Source: Candidatus Poseidoniaceae archaeon (GTDB lineage Archaea; Thermoplasmatota; Poseidoniia; Poseidoniales; Poseidoniaceae). Taken from it: 64,000 nt of DNA. The position numbers and the translations under genes were made by a program. This document shows positions 28,059 through 36,984 of this stretch, one piece after another. Under the pieces are notes generated by a model. That model saw only the letters and a program-made list of their open reading frames with translations, made no database searches and was not told where the DNA came from. Each line of letters opens with the position of its first letter. The stretch's first letter is position 1. The stretch lies in the NCBI GenBank assembly GCA_049598575.1, contig JBMYNT010000003.1, positions 1,155 to 65,154 on the forward strand. The letters run 5' to 3'.

Positions 28059-29693
28059 TCAAACCGCAGCGGAAGGAGGAAGAATCCAATTTCCAGATGG
28101 TCCTTTTCGCAACGCAAGTGTTGTGTTTGTCCCATCTGCAAAGACGAGATTGTGGTGAAGTTGCTCATTGTCAATATCTGGGAAATCTGAGCGTTGGTGC
28201 AGGCCTCGCGATTCGGTTCGCATCGAAGCAGATTGAACGTAGGCTTGTGCCATGCGGATTGCAGCCTGTGTTCGAAGGATTTCTAGAAGATTTTGATTCG
28301 CAATAAGCGATGATTGATCGCAATAGAGTTGCTCTGCCTTAAGAGAGAGTGCTTCAAGCATTTCACCGGCGTTGTCGTAGTCAGAAGCAACACTTGCAGG
28401 TGTTTGCAGTGAGTTGAGCGTCTCTTTCAGCCCGGTCACGACTGGGTTCAATCGCTGAACTGGTCCTTCGGATTCACCACCAAGCATGCTCAGTTCTGCT
28501 TCAGCAAGACCATGCGCTTCTTCGAGTGATGATGCGCCAGTGAATTTTCTCTTTTCAATCCACTCGGATGCATTTGCGCCCGCTGCTTCCCCTACTGCGA
28601 TGGCATCGAGGAGGCGATTTCCTTCGAGAACATCTGCTCCATGTAGGCCACTCGAGGCTGCTGATCCTGCAGCATAAAGTCCTGTGAACCATCGTGCCCA
28701 TGATTGTAAAACGACACGGCCGTGTTCATCGGTTGGCAACCCTCCCAGTGTGTGCGCAGCGACAGGCGCAACTTCGACGGTTTGTCTGTGCATGTCAATG
28801 CCCGTGCGCTGCTTGATGGTGTCAAAGAGAACAGTCCACCAGTCTGCATTTTCTCCGAGGTTCCGTGCATCGAGAACCGTTGTTCCAGCTTCGTGCATTT
28901 TCGAGCAAATTTCAGAGGTAGGTGTGGTCGAAGTTGTCTCGAGAGTAGTGCCTGAGGGCGTATGCAACGTTGCACCATCCGAAAGAATTGATTGAGGTAC
29001 GACCAAGTTGGTTCCAACGACCCCGAGTGGGGCTTCGGCAACGAATTCCATGTTGCGCAATGGTGCACCAGCACGATACGCGAGGTCCATTCCAAGTGAG
29101 GTTGATCCATTGGTATATGCGCCCTCAAACCCTCCATCTGCGATGATGAGTGCCTTGCATTGTATGGAGAGGATGCGCCCGTTCAACATGTCAATGGCAA
29201 TCAAACCGTTGACAGAATAGTCGGTGTGAATCAATTCCAAAGGAACCTGATCGCCTCGACGAGTTACACCATGCTTCATGCATTGTTCTTCAAGAACTTG
29301 TTGAATTTCACGAGTTGTTGCATCTCCAGCATTGATGAGGCGAGGTTTGGAATGGCCAGAAGCGTAATGTCCTTTGACAATCCCTTTTGCGTCACGTCGG
29401 AAATTGACACCTCTTCGCTCGAGAAGATCAACAATCCGCAAAGCCTTGGTCGTTTGTTCAGCGACAATGTCTTGGTCGCAAAGGAACGAACCCATCTTGA
29501 TTGTATCTTCTCGATGACCGCGATTGCTTTCCTCTTGGATGTGGCATGCGATGCCATTCATGGCATCCAAACCGGCATCGCCGAGACCGGTAGAACTCAT
29601 CATGAGGACGCTTGCTCCATCCTTCGATGCTTGTGCAGCAGCAGACAATGCTGCAGGACCGTCTCCCAGAATCACGACATCCCATGCTTCCAT
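28059..29693 (-). CDS. FAD-dependent flavoprotein of the succinate dehydrogenase/fumarate reductase/L-aspartate oxidase family
   Basis: N-terminal dinucleotide fold DVVILGDGPAALSAAAQA, and the C-terminal FAD-binding signature GLYAAGSAASSGLHGADVLEGNRLLDAIAVGEAAG. Central 'TNGST…YRAGAPL' region resembles SdhA/FrdA/NadB. Confidence 0.7.
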   Translation of the reverse strand: MEAWDVVILGDGPAALSAAAQASKDGASVLMMSSTGLGDAGLDAMNGIACHIQEESNRGHREDTIKMGSFLCDQDIVAEQTTKALRIVDLLERRGVNFRRDAKGIVKGHYASGHSKPRLINAGDATTREIQQVLEEQCMKHGVTRRGDQVPLELIHTDYSVNGLIAIDMLNGRILSIQCKALIIADGGFEGAYTNGSTSLGMDLAYRAGAPLRNMEFVAEAPLGVVGTNLVVPQSILSDGATLHTPSGTTLETTSTTPTSEICSKMHEAGTTVLDARNLGENADWWTVLFDTIKQRTGIDMHRQTVEVAPVAAHTLGGLPTDEHGRVVLQSWARWFTGLYAAGSAASSGLHGADVLEGNRLLDAIAVGEAAGANASEWIEKRKFTGASSLEEAHGLAEAELSMLGGESEGPVQRLNPVVTGLKETLNSLQTPASVASDYDNAGEMLEALSLKAEQLYCDQSSLIANQNLLEILRTQAAIRMAQAYVQSASMRTESRGLHQRSDFPDIDNEQLHHNLVFADGTNTTLALRKGPSGNWILPPSAAV

Positions 29694-29762
29694 TCCACTA
29701 CCCCGGTGTTCGTTGCGAGGTAAACCCCCGCCATAAGCAAAGCGCTTGTTCCCCTAGGTAAA

Positions 29763-31334
29763 TCAACTCGTTAAGGTCGGTACATCAAGCTCAGAGAATC
29801 GACGGACGCGTAGCAATTGACGAATTCGCTCAATGCGTTGCCGGCTTTCTTTTGGCAATACATTTGTTCGAACAATTCTGGAACCAAGAACGACCCCCTC
29901 ATCGTCACGAAGCGTCACTTGAACTTGCGCTGCACCCTTGAAACTACGATTCCAAGCAACATTGATCCAGAGAACGACTGTACGCTCGAGATATCGCGGT
30001 AGCCAACTCAAAACATCGTCATCAGAAGCATGCGTAAGTTCGATGGCTTTCGTTGGAGGGGGGCAGGGAGCCAATTCAAACCGGTGGTCAATGGACTGCG
30101 GCTCCCCTCCGGGAACTTGAACTTCGACACGAACGTGGGTAGCATCAAACGTCTGATTGTTGAGTGCAATAAAGAGGCTGCCTGACCCATCGTAACATGT
30201 CGAATCAAGTGAGATATCCATCCTCCACGGAGAGAGCAAAATCTCAGGCGCTCCAGAAAGGAAATCGTTCTGCAATCGTTCAAACAATCGGAAAGCTCCA
30301 GGCTGCCAAGCCCTTGCATGTTCAAGGGCGCGTTGGAGTGTTCGCCAATTGAAAAATTGAGTTTCAGAGAGAAGCGTTCGTTCGATAGCATCCGGCGGCA
30401 TGAAGTCACGTAATGAGTCAAGAACAACCTCATCGCTAATGATGGAATGAGCATTAAGATGCAAAAGGAAGAGAAGACGTTCTCTTGCCTGTATCGGGTC
30501 AGTCCCGGGAAGAATAGCATCATGAAACCGAGCCTCCCACTCAGCCCATTCGATTTGCGAATCCGGATCGAGATGCGATTGAAGCAATTGACCCAATGGA
30601 GAGCCTAATTGTGTTGGATGGTGCGTTGGTGCATAATGTATCAGCAATGGCATCGTATCTGCCTGAAGTCGGATGTAATAAGTCGTCAAAATAGAGTGAA
30701 TGCTCAAGCCAATTCCCGCAGTCATCGATGCCAGTAAGAGCAAATTCCATGCGACTGAACGAGGCGTAATGAGCATTGAAAGACACAACAACGTCAGAGA
30801 CGTGGTCGCAAGGAAGGCACTGATGTTGTTTTGTCGGCGTCCATCTCGAAGGCCTTCAAGGACTCGGTCCATCCCTGGTTGCGCTCTGAGCGTGTGTCGC
30901 TTTCCATCCCCAAATCCTCCCTGCTCACGAAGAGAAATCTTTGCTTCTACTGCAGACCATGTCGCTTCGCTTCCTGCGATAGGGGGGACGAATGCTGCAA
31001 GAGCCGGAATCAACCAAATAGCGAGGATGAACAACGGAGAAGTGTATGGCAAGATGGAAGGATCGATAACGAGCAAAACTGCAGTTATGGCGATACCAAA
31101 ACCGACGACGTTTCGAAACGCAAGGAAGAACGAGTTGTTGGCAATTTGTCCGCTTTTCATGCGGAAACGTTCGCTCTTGACCCAGGCTTCACGTGTACGT
31201 TCGAGAGGATCTTCGTTTCGAGCAAAGCCATGGCCGTAAGGATCTGGCAAGGACTTGATGGTTCGCCGGGTACGAGCAACGATGGATTCTTCCTCTGGCT
31301 CCATCTGACTCAGTCCTCTGTACGAACAGCCCAC
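29763..31334 (-). CDS. Hypothetical polytopic membrane protein
   Basis: Six or more hydrophobic helices in the N-terminal half and a soluble C-terminal domain. No family recognised. Confidence 0.4.
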   Translation of the reverse strand: MGCSYRGLSQMEPEEESIVARTRRTIKSLPDPYGHGFARNEDPLERTREAWVKSERFRMKSGQIANNSFFLAFRNVVGFGIAITAVLLVIDPSILPYTSPLFILAIWLIPALAAFVPPIAGSEATWSAVEAKISLREQGGFGDGKRHTLRAQPGMDRVLEGLRDGRRQNNISAFLATTSLTLLCLSMLITPRSVAWNLLLLASMTAGIGLSIHSILTTYYIRLQADTMPLLIHYAPTHHPTQLGSPLGQLLQSHLDPDSQIEWAEWEARFHDAILPGTDPIQARERLLFLLHLNAHSIISDEVVLDSLRDFMPPDAIERTLLSETQFFNWRTLQRALEHARAWQPGAFRLFERLQNDFLSGAPEILLSPWRMDISLDSTCYDGSGSLFIALNNQTFDATHVRVEVQVPGGEPQSIDHRFELAPCPPPTKAIELTHASDDDVLSWLPRYLERTVVLWINVAWNRSFKGAAQVQVTLRDDEGVVLGSRIVRTNVLPKESRQRIERIRQLLRVRRFSELDVPTLTS

Positions 31335-31375
31335 ATATCTCTTCTTCGCTGCATCTTCGGTGAATCAATCCGGTT

Positions 31376-31452
31376 TGGCGGGCGTGGCAGGATTCGAACC
31401 CGCGATCTTCGGCTTAGGAGGCCGACGCATTATCCAGCTGTGCTACACGCCC
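31376..31452 (-). tRNA. tRNA-Arg (anticodon CCU), CCA encoded
   Basis: Reverse complement GGGCGTGTAGCACAGCTGGATAATGCGTCGGCCTCCTAAGCCGAAGATCGCGGGTTCGAATCCTGCCACGCCCGCCA. The 7-bp acceptor stem GGGCGTG/CACGCCC pairs. Anticodon stem TCGGC/GCCGA with loop CTCCTAA gives anticodon CCT. T-arm GCGGG-TTCGAATC-CTGCC. Confidence 0.85.
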
Positions 31453-31483
31453 AGCGTTGCCAAAACGCCCCCTATGATGGAGG

Positions 31484-32617
31484 TTACTGTTGCTGAATTG
31501 CAGCAAAGTCATGCAACATCTGCTCGATTTGAATACGTCCTTGCGACGAGCGCCGAAGCCGTACATCGCAGTCTGATAATGCACTAAGAGCGAGCGTCAA
31601 TTGATCCTCTGGAAGATTGAGGCGCCCTCCAGTGAGAACCTGATGCGCTTGTTCAACAACATCCTCGGCTTCCAAACTCTGTTGTGTAATGATCTCATCA
31701 TAGATTCCCAAGGCGCCCTTGAGTTTTCTCGTGTTCTTGTAACCGTCTTTCTCCCAACGCCATTCGACAACTTGGCCTCGCAATGCAGATTCTATCATAC
31801 GTTGGACCTCATTGGTCGATATCATTGTAAGAAGACGGTGAAGATTACCTCGTTCACCAAGAAGACCTCGAAGTGCTAGAACTTCAGTTGTGAAGATGGC
31901 TTTTCGAAGATTCCCGTTCGAAATGTGAGCAATGTCTCCAAGAATGCCTCGAACCGGTTCAACGCCTGCAGAAGTGCACAACTCTGAGAGTTTGGACTCG
32001 ATTTGCTTGCGTGGGACGCCCGTAAGTCGGATGTGTTGTGTCCGACTACGAAGCGCATCGATCAATCGAGAAGGGGTTTGGGCTGTGAAAATGAATCGCG
32101 ATGTTTGGCTTGTTGCCTCCATCATACGGCGCAAGAGTGGTTGACGTTTGTGCCCGAGATAGTCAGCATCTTCAATAACGATGATGCGAGAAATATGGAC
32201 GTCGGTTTGACTCCCACGTTGGGATTCATGGCCTGCTGGCGCAACGTCGTCCGTAGCTACCTGCGAAAATGTTGAGTCAAACGCATCGAGAGATGTTCTG
32301 CTTGCGAGTGTGTCGCTTGAATCCTTTCCTCCAGGTCGCAAGAACGACTCAAAGGCAGCCATCGCACCAGCAGACTTCGCAAGATCCTTGGCTTGCAGAA
32401 CGTGGGTGGTTGAGCGCCACGAAGGGCCGAGAACCTGTCGGACAATGAGGCGCCATGCAGCGGTTTTTCCAGATCCAGGAGGGCCAGAAAGAAGAAGATG
32501 GGGTGGGTTGGCTTGGAGCGCTACGCGTTCGATGGTCTCGATGGTTGATCCCTCAAGCGCAAGGTCCGAAAAGCGACGAGGGGGGTGGGTCTCAAGCCAA
32601 CTCGCCATGCGTATCAA
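31484..32617 (-). CDS. Replication factor C small subunit-like AAA+ clamp-loader ATPase
   Basis: SWLETHPPRRFSD (PWVEKYRP-like), Walker A HLLLSGPPGSGKTA, DEAD-like IIVIEDADYL, and sensor 'ALRSRTQHIRL' (SRC-like). Carries an inserted roughly 70-aa acidic/Ser-rich segment. Confidence 0.7.
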   Translation of the reverse strand: MIRMASWLETHPPRRFSDLALEGSTIETIERVALQANPPHLLLSGPPGSGKTAAWRLIVRQVLGPSWRSTTHVLQAKDLAKSAGAMAAFESFLRPGGKDSSDTLASRTSLDAFDSTFSQVATDDVAPAGHESQRGSQTDVHISRIIVIEDADYLGHKRQPLLRRMMEATSQTSRFIFTAQTPSRLIDALRSRTQHIRLTGVPRKQIESKLSELCTSAGVEPVRGILGDIAHISNGNLRKAIFTTEVLALRGLLGERGNLHRLLTMISTNEVQRMIESALRGQVVEWRWEKDGYKNTRKLKGALGIYDEIITQQSLEAEDVVEQAHQVLTGGRLNLPEDQLTLALSALSDCDVRLRRSSQGRIQIEQMLHDFAAIQQQ

Positions 32618-32651
32618 TCAACGACAAAGGTCTTTGACCATTTGTGTGAAT

Positions 32652-32813
32652 TCACTCTGCCTTGAGTGTCTTCTTCTTTCGGTCTCCGCTGCTTCTACGG
32701 AGCTTCATGAAGATCTTGCAACCGCAATGGCTGCAGTGAATTCCGTTTCGCTCACGGTCAAAGCTTTCGATGGTGCCGCAAAGCGCACACTTGTAGTCTA
32801 CAAGTTCCGACAT
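32652..32813 (-). CDS. rpoP: DNA-directed RNA polymerase subunit P (Rpb12/RpoP-like zinc ribbon)
   Basis: YKCALCGTIESF…GIHCSHCGCKIFMKLRR matches the C-x2-C…C-x2-C…KI(I)F(M) pattern of RpoP. Start set at the internal Met, since the 23 upstream codons of the ORF are unlikely to be coding. Confidence 0.5.
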   Translation of the reverse strand: MSELVDYKCALCGTIESFDRERNGIHCSHCGCKIFMKLRRSSGDRKKKTLKAE

Positions 32814-32865
32814 AGCCCAACCGACCTGCCCATTGGTTTTGAACCTGTCCGTCGAGAAATCGATC

Positions 32866-33486
32866 TCAGAGACCGCCAACAAGCGGTCGCGTCATGCGAA
32901 TCTCAGTTGCCTGGGAAAGGTCTGTGTCTGCAATAGCGCTTGCAGCAACCATCTGGCCGTCGACAAACACCCAGTTGTTGGCTTCCTTTGCGCTAGAAGC
33001 GATTTCTTCCTTTGTCATTTCACAGACCGAATGGCCTGTCGCATCTGTAATTTGAACCGTGAACGTTTCGGATCCGCCAACAATGGACGGTACCAATCGC
33101 AAGACGTTGTCTTGGTTGAGTTCGGTGTTTGCAATGGTGGCAGCATCAACCATTTGGCCGTCAACGAAGAGCCAGTTGCCTTGGTTGGTTGTCAACTCAT
33201 TCGTAAGTTCCTGCTTCGTCATAGTCATGGCTTGGTCGCCTGCTTCGCTTGCGACAAGAACGGTGAAGGTCTCTGCTCCACCGACCATACCAGGGTTGAT
33301 TCGAATCTCGGTAGAATCGTTCAACTCGATGTTTTCGAGTTCTTCGACACTGACCATTTGTGAATCGACAAAGACCCATGTGTTTTCGTTTGCGGAGACC
33401 ATCTCAACGATGTCCTCTCGGGTCATGAGTTCTTGCTCGTGACCACTCTCTCGTGCTACGTGAACTGTGAATTTCTTATCCAACAT
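32866..33486 (-). CDS. Tandem triple beta-grasp (MoaD/ThiS/SAMP-like) protein; each unit ends in Gly-Gly (polyubiquitin-like arrangement)
   Basis: Three 67-68-aa units: …NTWVFVDSQMV…IRINPGMVGG | AETFTV…GNWLFVDGQMV…RLVPSIVGG | SETFTV…NNWVFVDGQMV…RMTRPLVGG-L-stop. The consensus 'xVxVdgqmV….….r..P..vGG' is typical of MoaD/ThiS/SAMP sulfur-carrier or ubiquitin-like modifiers. Confidence 0.6.
   Translation of the reverse strand: MLDKKFTVHVARESGHEQELMTREDIVEMVSANENTWVFVDSQMVSVEELENIELNDSTEIRINPGMVGGAETFTVLVASEAGDQAMTMTKQELTNELTTNQGNWLFVDGQMVDAATIANTELNQDNVLRLVPSIVGGSETFTVQITDATGHSVCEMTKEEIASSAKEANNWVFVDGQMVAASAIADTDLSQATEIRMTRPLVGGL
32872..33477 (-). repeat. Three head-to-tail about 201-204-nt coding repeats (beta-grasp units), diverged at DNA level
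   Basis: The protein-level triplication described above. Units are about 35-45% identical to each other, indicating an old duplication. Confidence 0.6.
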
Positions 33487-33574
33487 TTTTGTTCCTCGCA
33501 AACTGTGAATCTCTAGAGTATATGAACGCGCGGAATTCGGCATGTTCAAGGATGTTCTCGGAACAAGGAACATC

Positions 33575-34168
33575 ATGGGCGAAGATACACCTCTTGTCAT
33601 CGATGTTGTAGACAACGGTGGTCAATGGACACATCGTGAATGGAGGATGTTGAAGTATCTTAAAGTCGACACTCAAATTATTCCAAACGATACACCTATT
33701 GATCAACTCCGAGAATTGGATGGACTCATCCTCTCCGGAGGTGCTGCAAGGATAGGGCTGTCCGGTGAGTTGGGAAACTGTGCTGAATTCTTGAAACTCG
33801 AAATTCCAATCCTTGGCATATGCGCAGGCCACCAATTTATGGCTCGATTCTATGGCGGCGATGCCCGTGAATCACCAATCCCCGAATTTGGCGCTATGGA
33901 AATTCAACTTCACGATGGTGGGGGCAAAATCTTCGCCGGAACATCAGAAACCCAGACCGTATGGGAATCTCATAATGATGAAGTTCATGTCGTACCTGAA
34001 GGATTCTTTGTTACCGCAAGCAGTCCATCTTGTGAAGTACAAGGCATGGAGAACGATGCAGGAGATCGTTTCGGTTTGCAATTTCATCCTGAAGTCAACG
34101 ATTCAGAGTTCGGCAAAGTGATGTTCGAAAACTTTGTCGAAGTTTGTCGAAAAGCACGGGATGCCTAA
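33575..34168 (+). CDS. guaAA: GMP synthase [glutamine-hydrolysing] subunit A (class I glutamine amidotransferase)
   Basis: Motifs VIDVVDNGGQW, GLILSGG, and GICAGHQ (catalytic Cys), with a C-terminal H…E region. About 190 aa is typical of the archaeal split GuaA. The ORF as computed starts at 33542. Confidence 0.8.
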   Translation: MGEDTPLVIDVVDNGGQWTHREWRMLKYLKVDTQIIPNDTPIDQLRELDGLILSGGAARIGLSGELGNCAEFLKLEIPILGICAGHQFMARFYGGDARESPIPEFGAMEIQLHDGGGKIFAGTSETQTVWESHNDEVHVVPEGFFVTASSPSCEVQGMENDAGDRFGLQFHPEVNDSEFGKVMFENFVEVCRKARDA

Positions 34169-35541
34169 ATCTTGAGATTGGCTTGTCGAGCAAGTAGAAG
34201 CACTTGCATGGAATGCTCAAGCATGGCTGCATTCGCCATGGCTTGGTCAAGATTGGCTCCAACCGCGTAGGCTCCATGACCTCGAACTACAACACAGCGC
34301 ATGCCACCTTGTTGCAATGCTTCTGCGACTTGACGAAGGAATTCATCTGGAGCATCATCGTCAGGGTCGACAATGACGACCTTGCCAATGTGTTCTTTAC
34401 CAAGGACATCGATTGGTTGGACAAGAATGAGGTCCTTCTCACAACTTGCCGCTGTTGTGTATGGCCCTTGCATATGGATGCATGCTGCCGGACCACCTGT
34501 GGCAAGTGCTGCAACGGAAGCAAGGAGAACTTCGTGGACCTTCCATTCACCAATGGCGCCACGAGGAGGGTTTCCTCCAAGGGGACCTCCGACAATGCCT
34601 CGTTCGTCAAGACGAGCAAGCATGGTTGAATGGCGAGTGCTGATCATCAAGCCTGGCTCATCTGGATGGAGCATGGAAATAGCACCCATTGTTCCTTTGA
34701 CCAGTCCTTCACGACTGAGTTGGCGCCCCATTCGAGCGAAGTCGGCCACGATGTGTGGGGGAACGACAATGTTGTCGAGGACAACCGGCGGCATCGGTGT
34801 TTCTTCGATTTCTTCAATCACTTCGACTGCGCCGGTAAGGCTTCCACGTAGACGTTCGATTTCTGCTGTAAGTCGAGCGATTTCCATTTCTCGATCTGCG
34901 TCAACAGGGGGTTCTTCTTCGTGCTCTTCTTCAGAAACAGGTTCCTCAACCGGCGTTTCTTCTGAAGGATTGTCTTCCTGTGTAGGCTCAGCTGCAGTTG
35001 GTTCTGGAACCTCTTCTTCGATGACTGGAGGGGTTTCTGTTGCGGCCGCCTCTGAAGCAACTTCTTCAGTAGGAGGTACTGCTTCAGACGGCTCTTCCAC
35101 CACCTCAGGCTCTTCACTTGCCGGTTCATCTTGAACGGATTCTGATTCTTCTTGTACAGGTTCTGGGGACGTTTCTGAGACTTCCTCAATAACATGTTCT
35201 GCCTCTTCGATTGGTTCCTCCTCAACAGCAGGATGAGCGGATGGAGGTCCTTGAGGCGGACCTTTTGGAGGGCCAGAAGGAGGGCCGGTTGGAGGACCCG
35301 ATGGAGGACCTGTCGGCCCATCGCTTGGAGGACCTTGGGGCGGGCCTGACGGAGGATCTGTCGGAGGACCTGTCGGTCCTGATGGTGGACCTGAGGGTCC
35401 AGGTGGACCAGATGGCCCCGGTGATGGAGTCGTGTTTTCAATTCCTTCCATGGCACCAAATGCGCCATCAAGCATGGAGCCTAGAGCGGCTTCCTCTGCT
35501 TGTTCTCGTGCTTCTTCCGCCGAGGTTTTCTTTGCTGCCAT
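34165..35541 (-). CDS. Class II aldolase/adducin-domain protein with long disordered N-terminal extension (Gly-Pro-Pro repeats + acidic region)
   Basis: The C-terminal roughly 200 aa carry class II aldolase motifs (…MISTRHS…, EWKVHEVLL, ACIHMQGPY, VVVRGHGAYAVGANLDQAMANAAMLEHSMQVLLLA). The N-terminal roughly 250 aa are (PSGPP/GPPxGP)n followed by an E/P/V-rich acidic stretch. Confidence 0.6.
   Translation of the reverse strand: MAAKKTSAEEAREQAEEAALGSMLDGAFGAMEGIENTTPSPGPSGPPGPSGPPSGPTGPPTDPPSGPPQGPPSDGPTGPPSGPPTGPPSGPPKGPPQGPPSAHPAVEEEPIEEAEHVIEEVSETSPEPVQEESESVQDEPASEEPEVVEEPSEAVPPTEEVASEAAATETPPVIEEEVPEPTAAEPTQEDNPSEETPVEEPVSEEEHEEEPPVDADREMEIARLTAEIERLRGSLTGAVEVIEEIEETPMPPVVLDNIVVPPHIVADFARMGRQLSREGLVKGTMGAISMLHPDEPGLMISTRHSTMLARLDERGIVGGPLGGNPPRGAIGEWKVHEVLLASVAALATGGPAACIHMQGPYTTAASCEKDLILVQPIDVLGKEHIGKVVIVDPDDDAPDEFLRQVAEALQQGGMRCVVVRGHGAYAVGANLDQAMANAAMLEHSMQVLLLARQANLKI
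35242..35430 (-). repeat. Low-complexity coding repeat (GPPSGPPGPS…, degenerate 9-nt GGAGGACCT-like units)
   Basis: Visible directly in the DNA as reiterated ggaggacc(t/c)g… units. Encodes a collagen-like Gly-Pro-Pro stretch. Confidence 0.55.
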
Positions 35542-35607
35542 GGTCGTCCCTGACTATGCCATACCTCGCGGCTTAAATAGCGGTTCCGTTACGGATGGAT
35601 GCCTACG

Positions 35608-35679
35608 GCCCGCTTGGTGTAGAGGTTATCATGCAGGATTGTCATTCCTGCGACCCGGGTTCAATTCCCGGAGCGGGCG
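35608..35679 (+). tRNA. tRNA-Asp (anticodon GUC), no encoded CCA
   Basis: GCCCGCTTGGTGTAGAGGTTATCATGCAGGATTGTCATTCCTGCGACCCGGGTTCAATTCCCGGAGCGGGCG. Acceptor stem GCCCGCT/AGCGGGC. Anticodon stem CAGGA/TCCTG with loop TTGTCAT gives anticodon GTC. T-arm CCGGG-TTCAATT-CCCGG. Confidence 0.85.
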
Positions 35680-35840
35680 CCTCACTCATCTCTCTGATGT
35701 ACTGTCACCGTACCGCACACTCGGCACCAAACCTTGATGCCGTCAATTCGTGGGGTTGCCCCTGCGATATCGATGCTTGCTCCACATTGGCATTGGACAA
35801 CATTGCGCATGGTCGTGCCAACGCTTCGACGTTCATGAAT

Positions 35841-36761
35841 TCAGCGCTTGTTTTGGTTTGACAAGACCAGTTCGTAGCGAAACATGGCTTTTGCAGTTGA
35901 GAATCCTTTGATCTCTTCAACATGAATCCTGATAATCGTCCAATCTCTCTCTTCGATAACTGCACGCAGTTGATGTTCGATATCGGCTTGCTTTTCCTGA
36001 ATCGACCAGCCGCAAACCATCGATTCATCGTCTAATAGCAGAGGGAGAAGATCTGGTAAATGATCGACGCTCTCATGGGGCAGGTTTACCAAAAGAACGT
36101 CAACAGTACCAATCATCTCTGGCCTTGATTTCACGAGTTTGCGTGCGTCCATACAATCCACAACGTAAGTGCCATCTTGCTTGCGCTTGGAATGAAAATA
36201 TTCCATATTCTGCTTCAGAAGAGGAGTTGCGTCCGGATTCATATCGTTGACGTACGCTTTGGAAACAAGGTTTGCATCTGTATACAACAGTGCCATCGAT
36301 GGGCCAACGCCTGCATATGGATCGGCGACGACAAGTGGTCGGCCTTTCGACTGCGACACCGAAGTGACTGCATCAAGAGTTCGCATTCGTTGGGTTCCTA
36401 GGCGACCTGAAAAGTATGCAACAGCAGGATTGATGTTGAATTCATGGCCGTGTTCTCGGTATCGTGTTAGCGTCGAGTCGTCGTCGTTTCGAGCCTTGAG
36501 TACTCGTAAGTTACGAACTCTAAATTCACCTACAACACCGTCGTCATGACACACGACGCGAACCGATGGAAATTGTTCCAACATCGCTCGTGCAATTTCG
36601 TGTTCAACCTCAATCATCCCGTCTGGGATCTTGACGAGTAAAACATCTCCTTGTATCTCAAACGCTTGTGGGAACTCATCACCAAACTCAGTCCGTATCT
36701 CATCCGAAATGTGTTCCCAATAATGCCGAGCTTTCTTATCCGTTACATCTAGCTCAATCAT
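35841..36761 (-). CDS. trm5: tRNA (guanine37-N1)-methyltransferase Trm5 / Taw2-like class I SAM methyltransferase
   Basis: SAM-binding region GRPLVVADPYAGVGPSMALL, with NLP-containing motif VDVLLVNLPHES. Start uncertain: MIELD at 36761 or an upstream Met. The ORF as computed runs to 37034 and overlaps the dph5 start. Confidence 0.55.
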   Translation of the reverse strand: MIELDVTDKKARHYWEHISDEIRTEFGDEFPQAFEIQGDVLLVKIPDGMIEVEHEIARAMLEQFPSVRVVCHDDGVVGEFRVRNLRVLKARNDDDSTLTRYREHGHEFNINPAVAYFSGRLGTQRMRTLDAVTSVSQSKGRPLVVADPYAGVGPSMALLYTDANLVSKAYVNDMNPDATPLLKQNMEYFHSKRKQDGTYVVDCMDARKLVKSRPEMIGTVDVLLVNLPHESVDHLPDLLPLLLDDESMVCGWSIQEKQADIEHQLRAVIEERDWTIIRIHVEEIKGFSTAKAMFRYELVLSNQNKR

Positions 36762-36984
36762 TATGTTATCTCCCCAAACAGAGTCGTCTGCTTGAGGTGC
36801 ATTCGAATTGAGTGGAATGGCCGTGTCGTGACCAACTCGTTGCACTCGATACCCGGTTTCATACCAGCCATTCGTTTTGCAAAGGTCAATCCAATGCGAC
36901 GTCTGAGCACTCGGCACCCTCAAATGACGCATAGTTCTCGGAGAACCATCGCAAGTATGAGGTTTGAGGATGGAAAATGGCAGC

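Noticed and set aside
34373-35134. 253-aa Ser/Gly/Thr-rich ORF (+) and 217-aa ORF 34818..35471 (-) overlapping the aldolase-domain gene
   Set aside because: These are alternative-frame or antisense readings of the GPP/acidic low-complexity DNA repeat. Such repeats give open frames in several phases. Only the frame ending in the class II aldolase domain has recognisable motifs.
35595-35861. 88-aa ORF overlapping tRNA-Asp
   Set aside because: It covers a clear tRNA gene, and there are no coding features.
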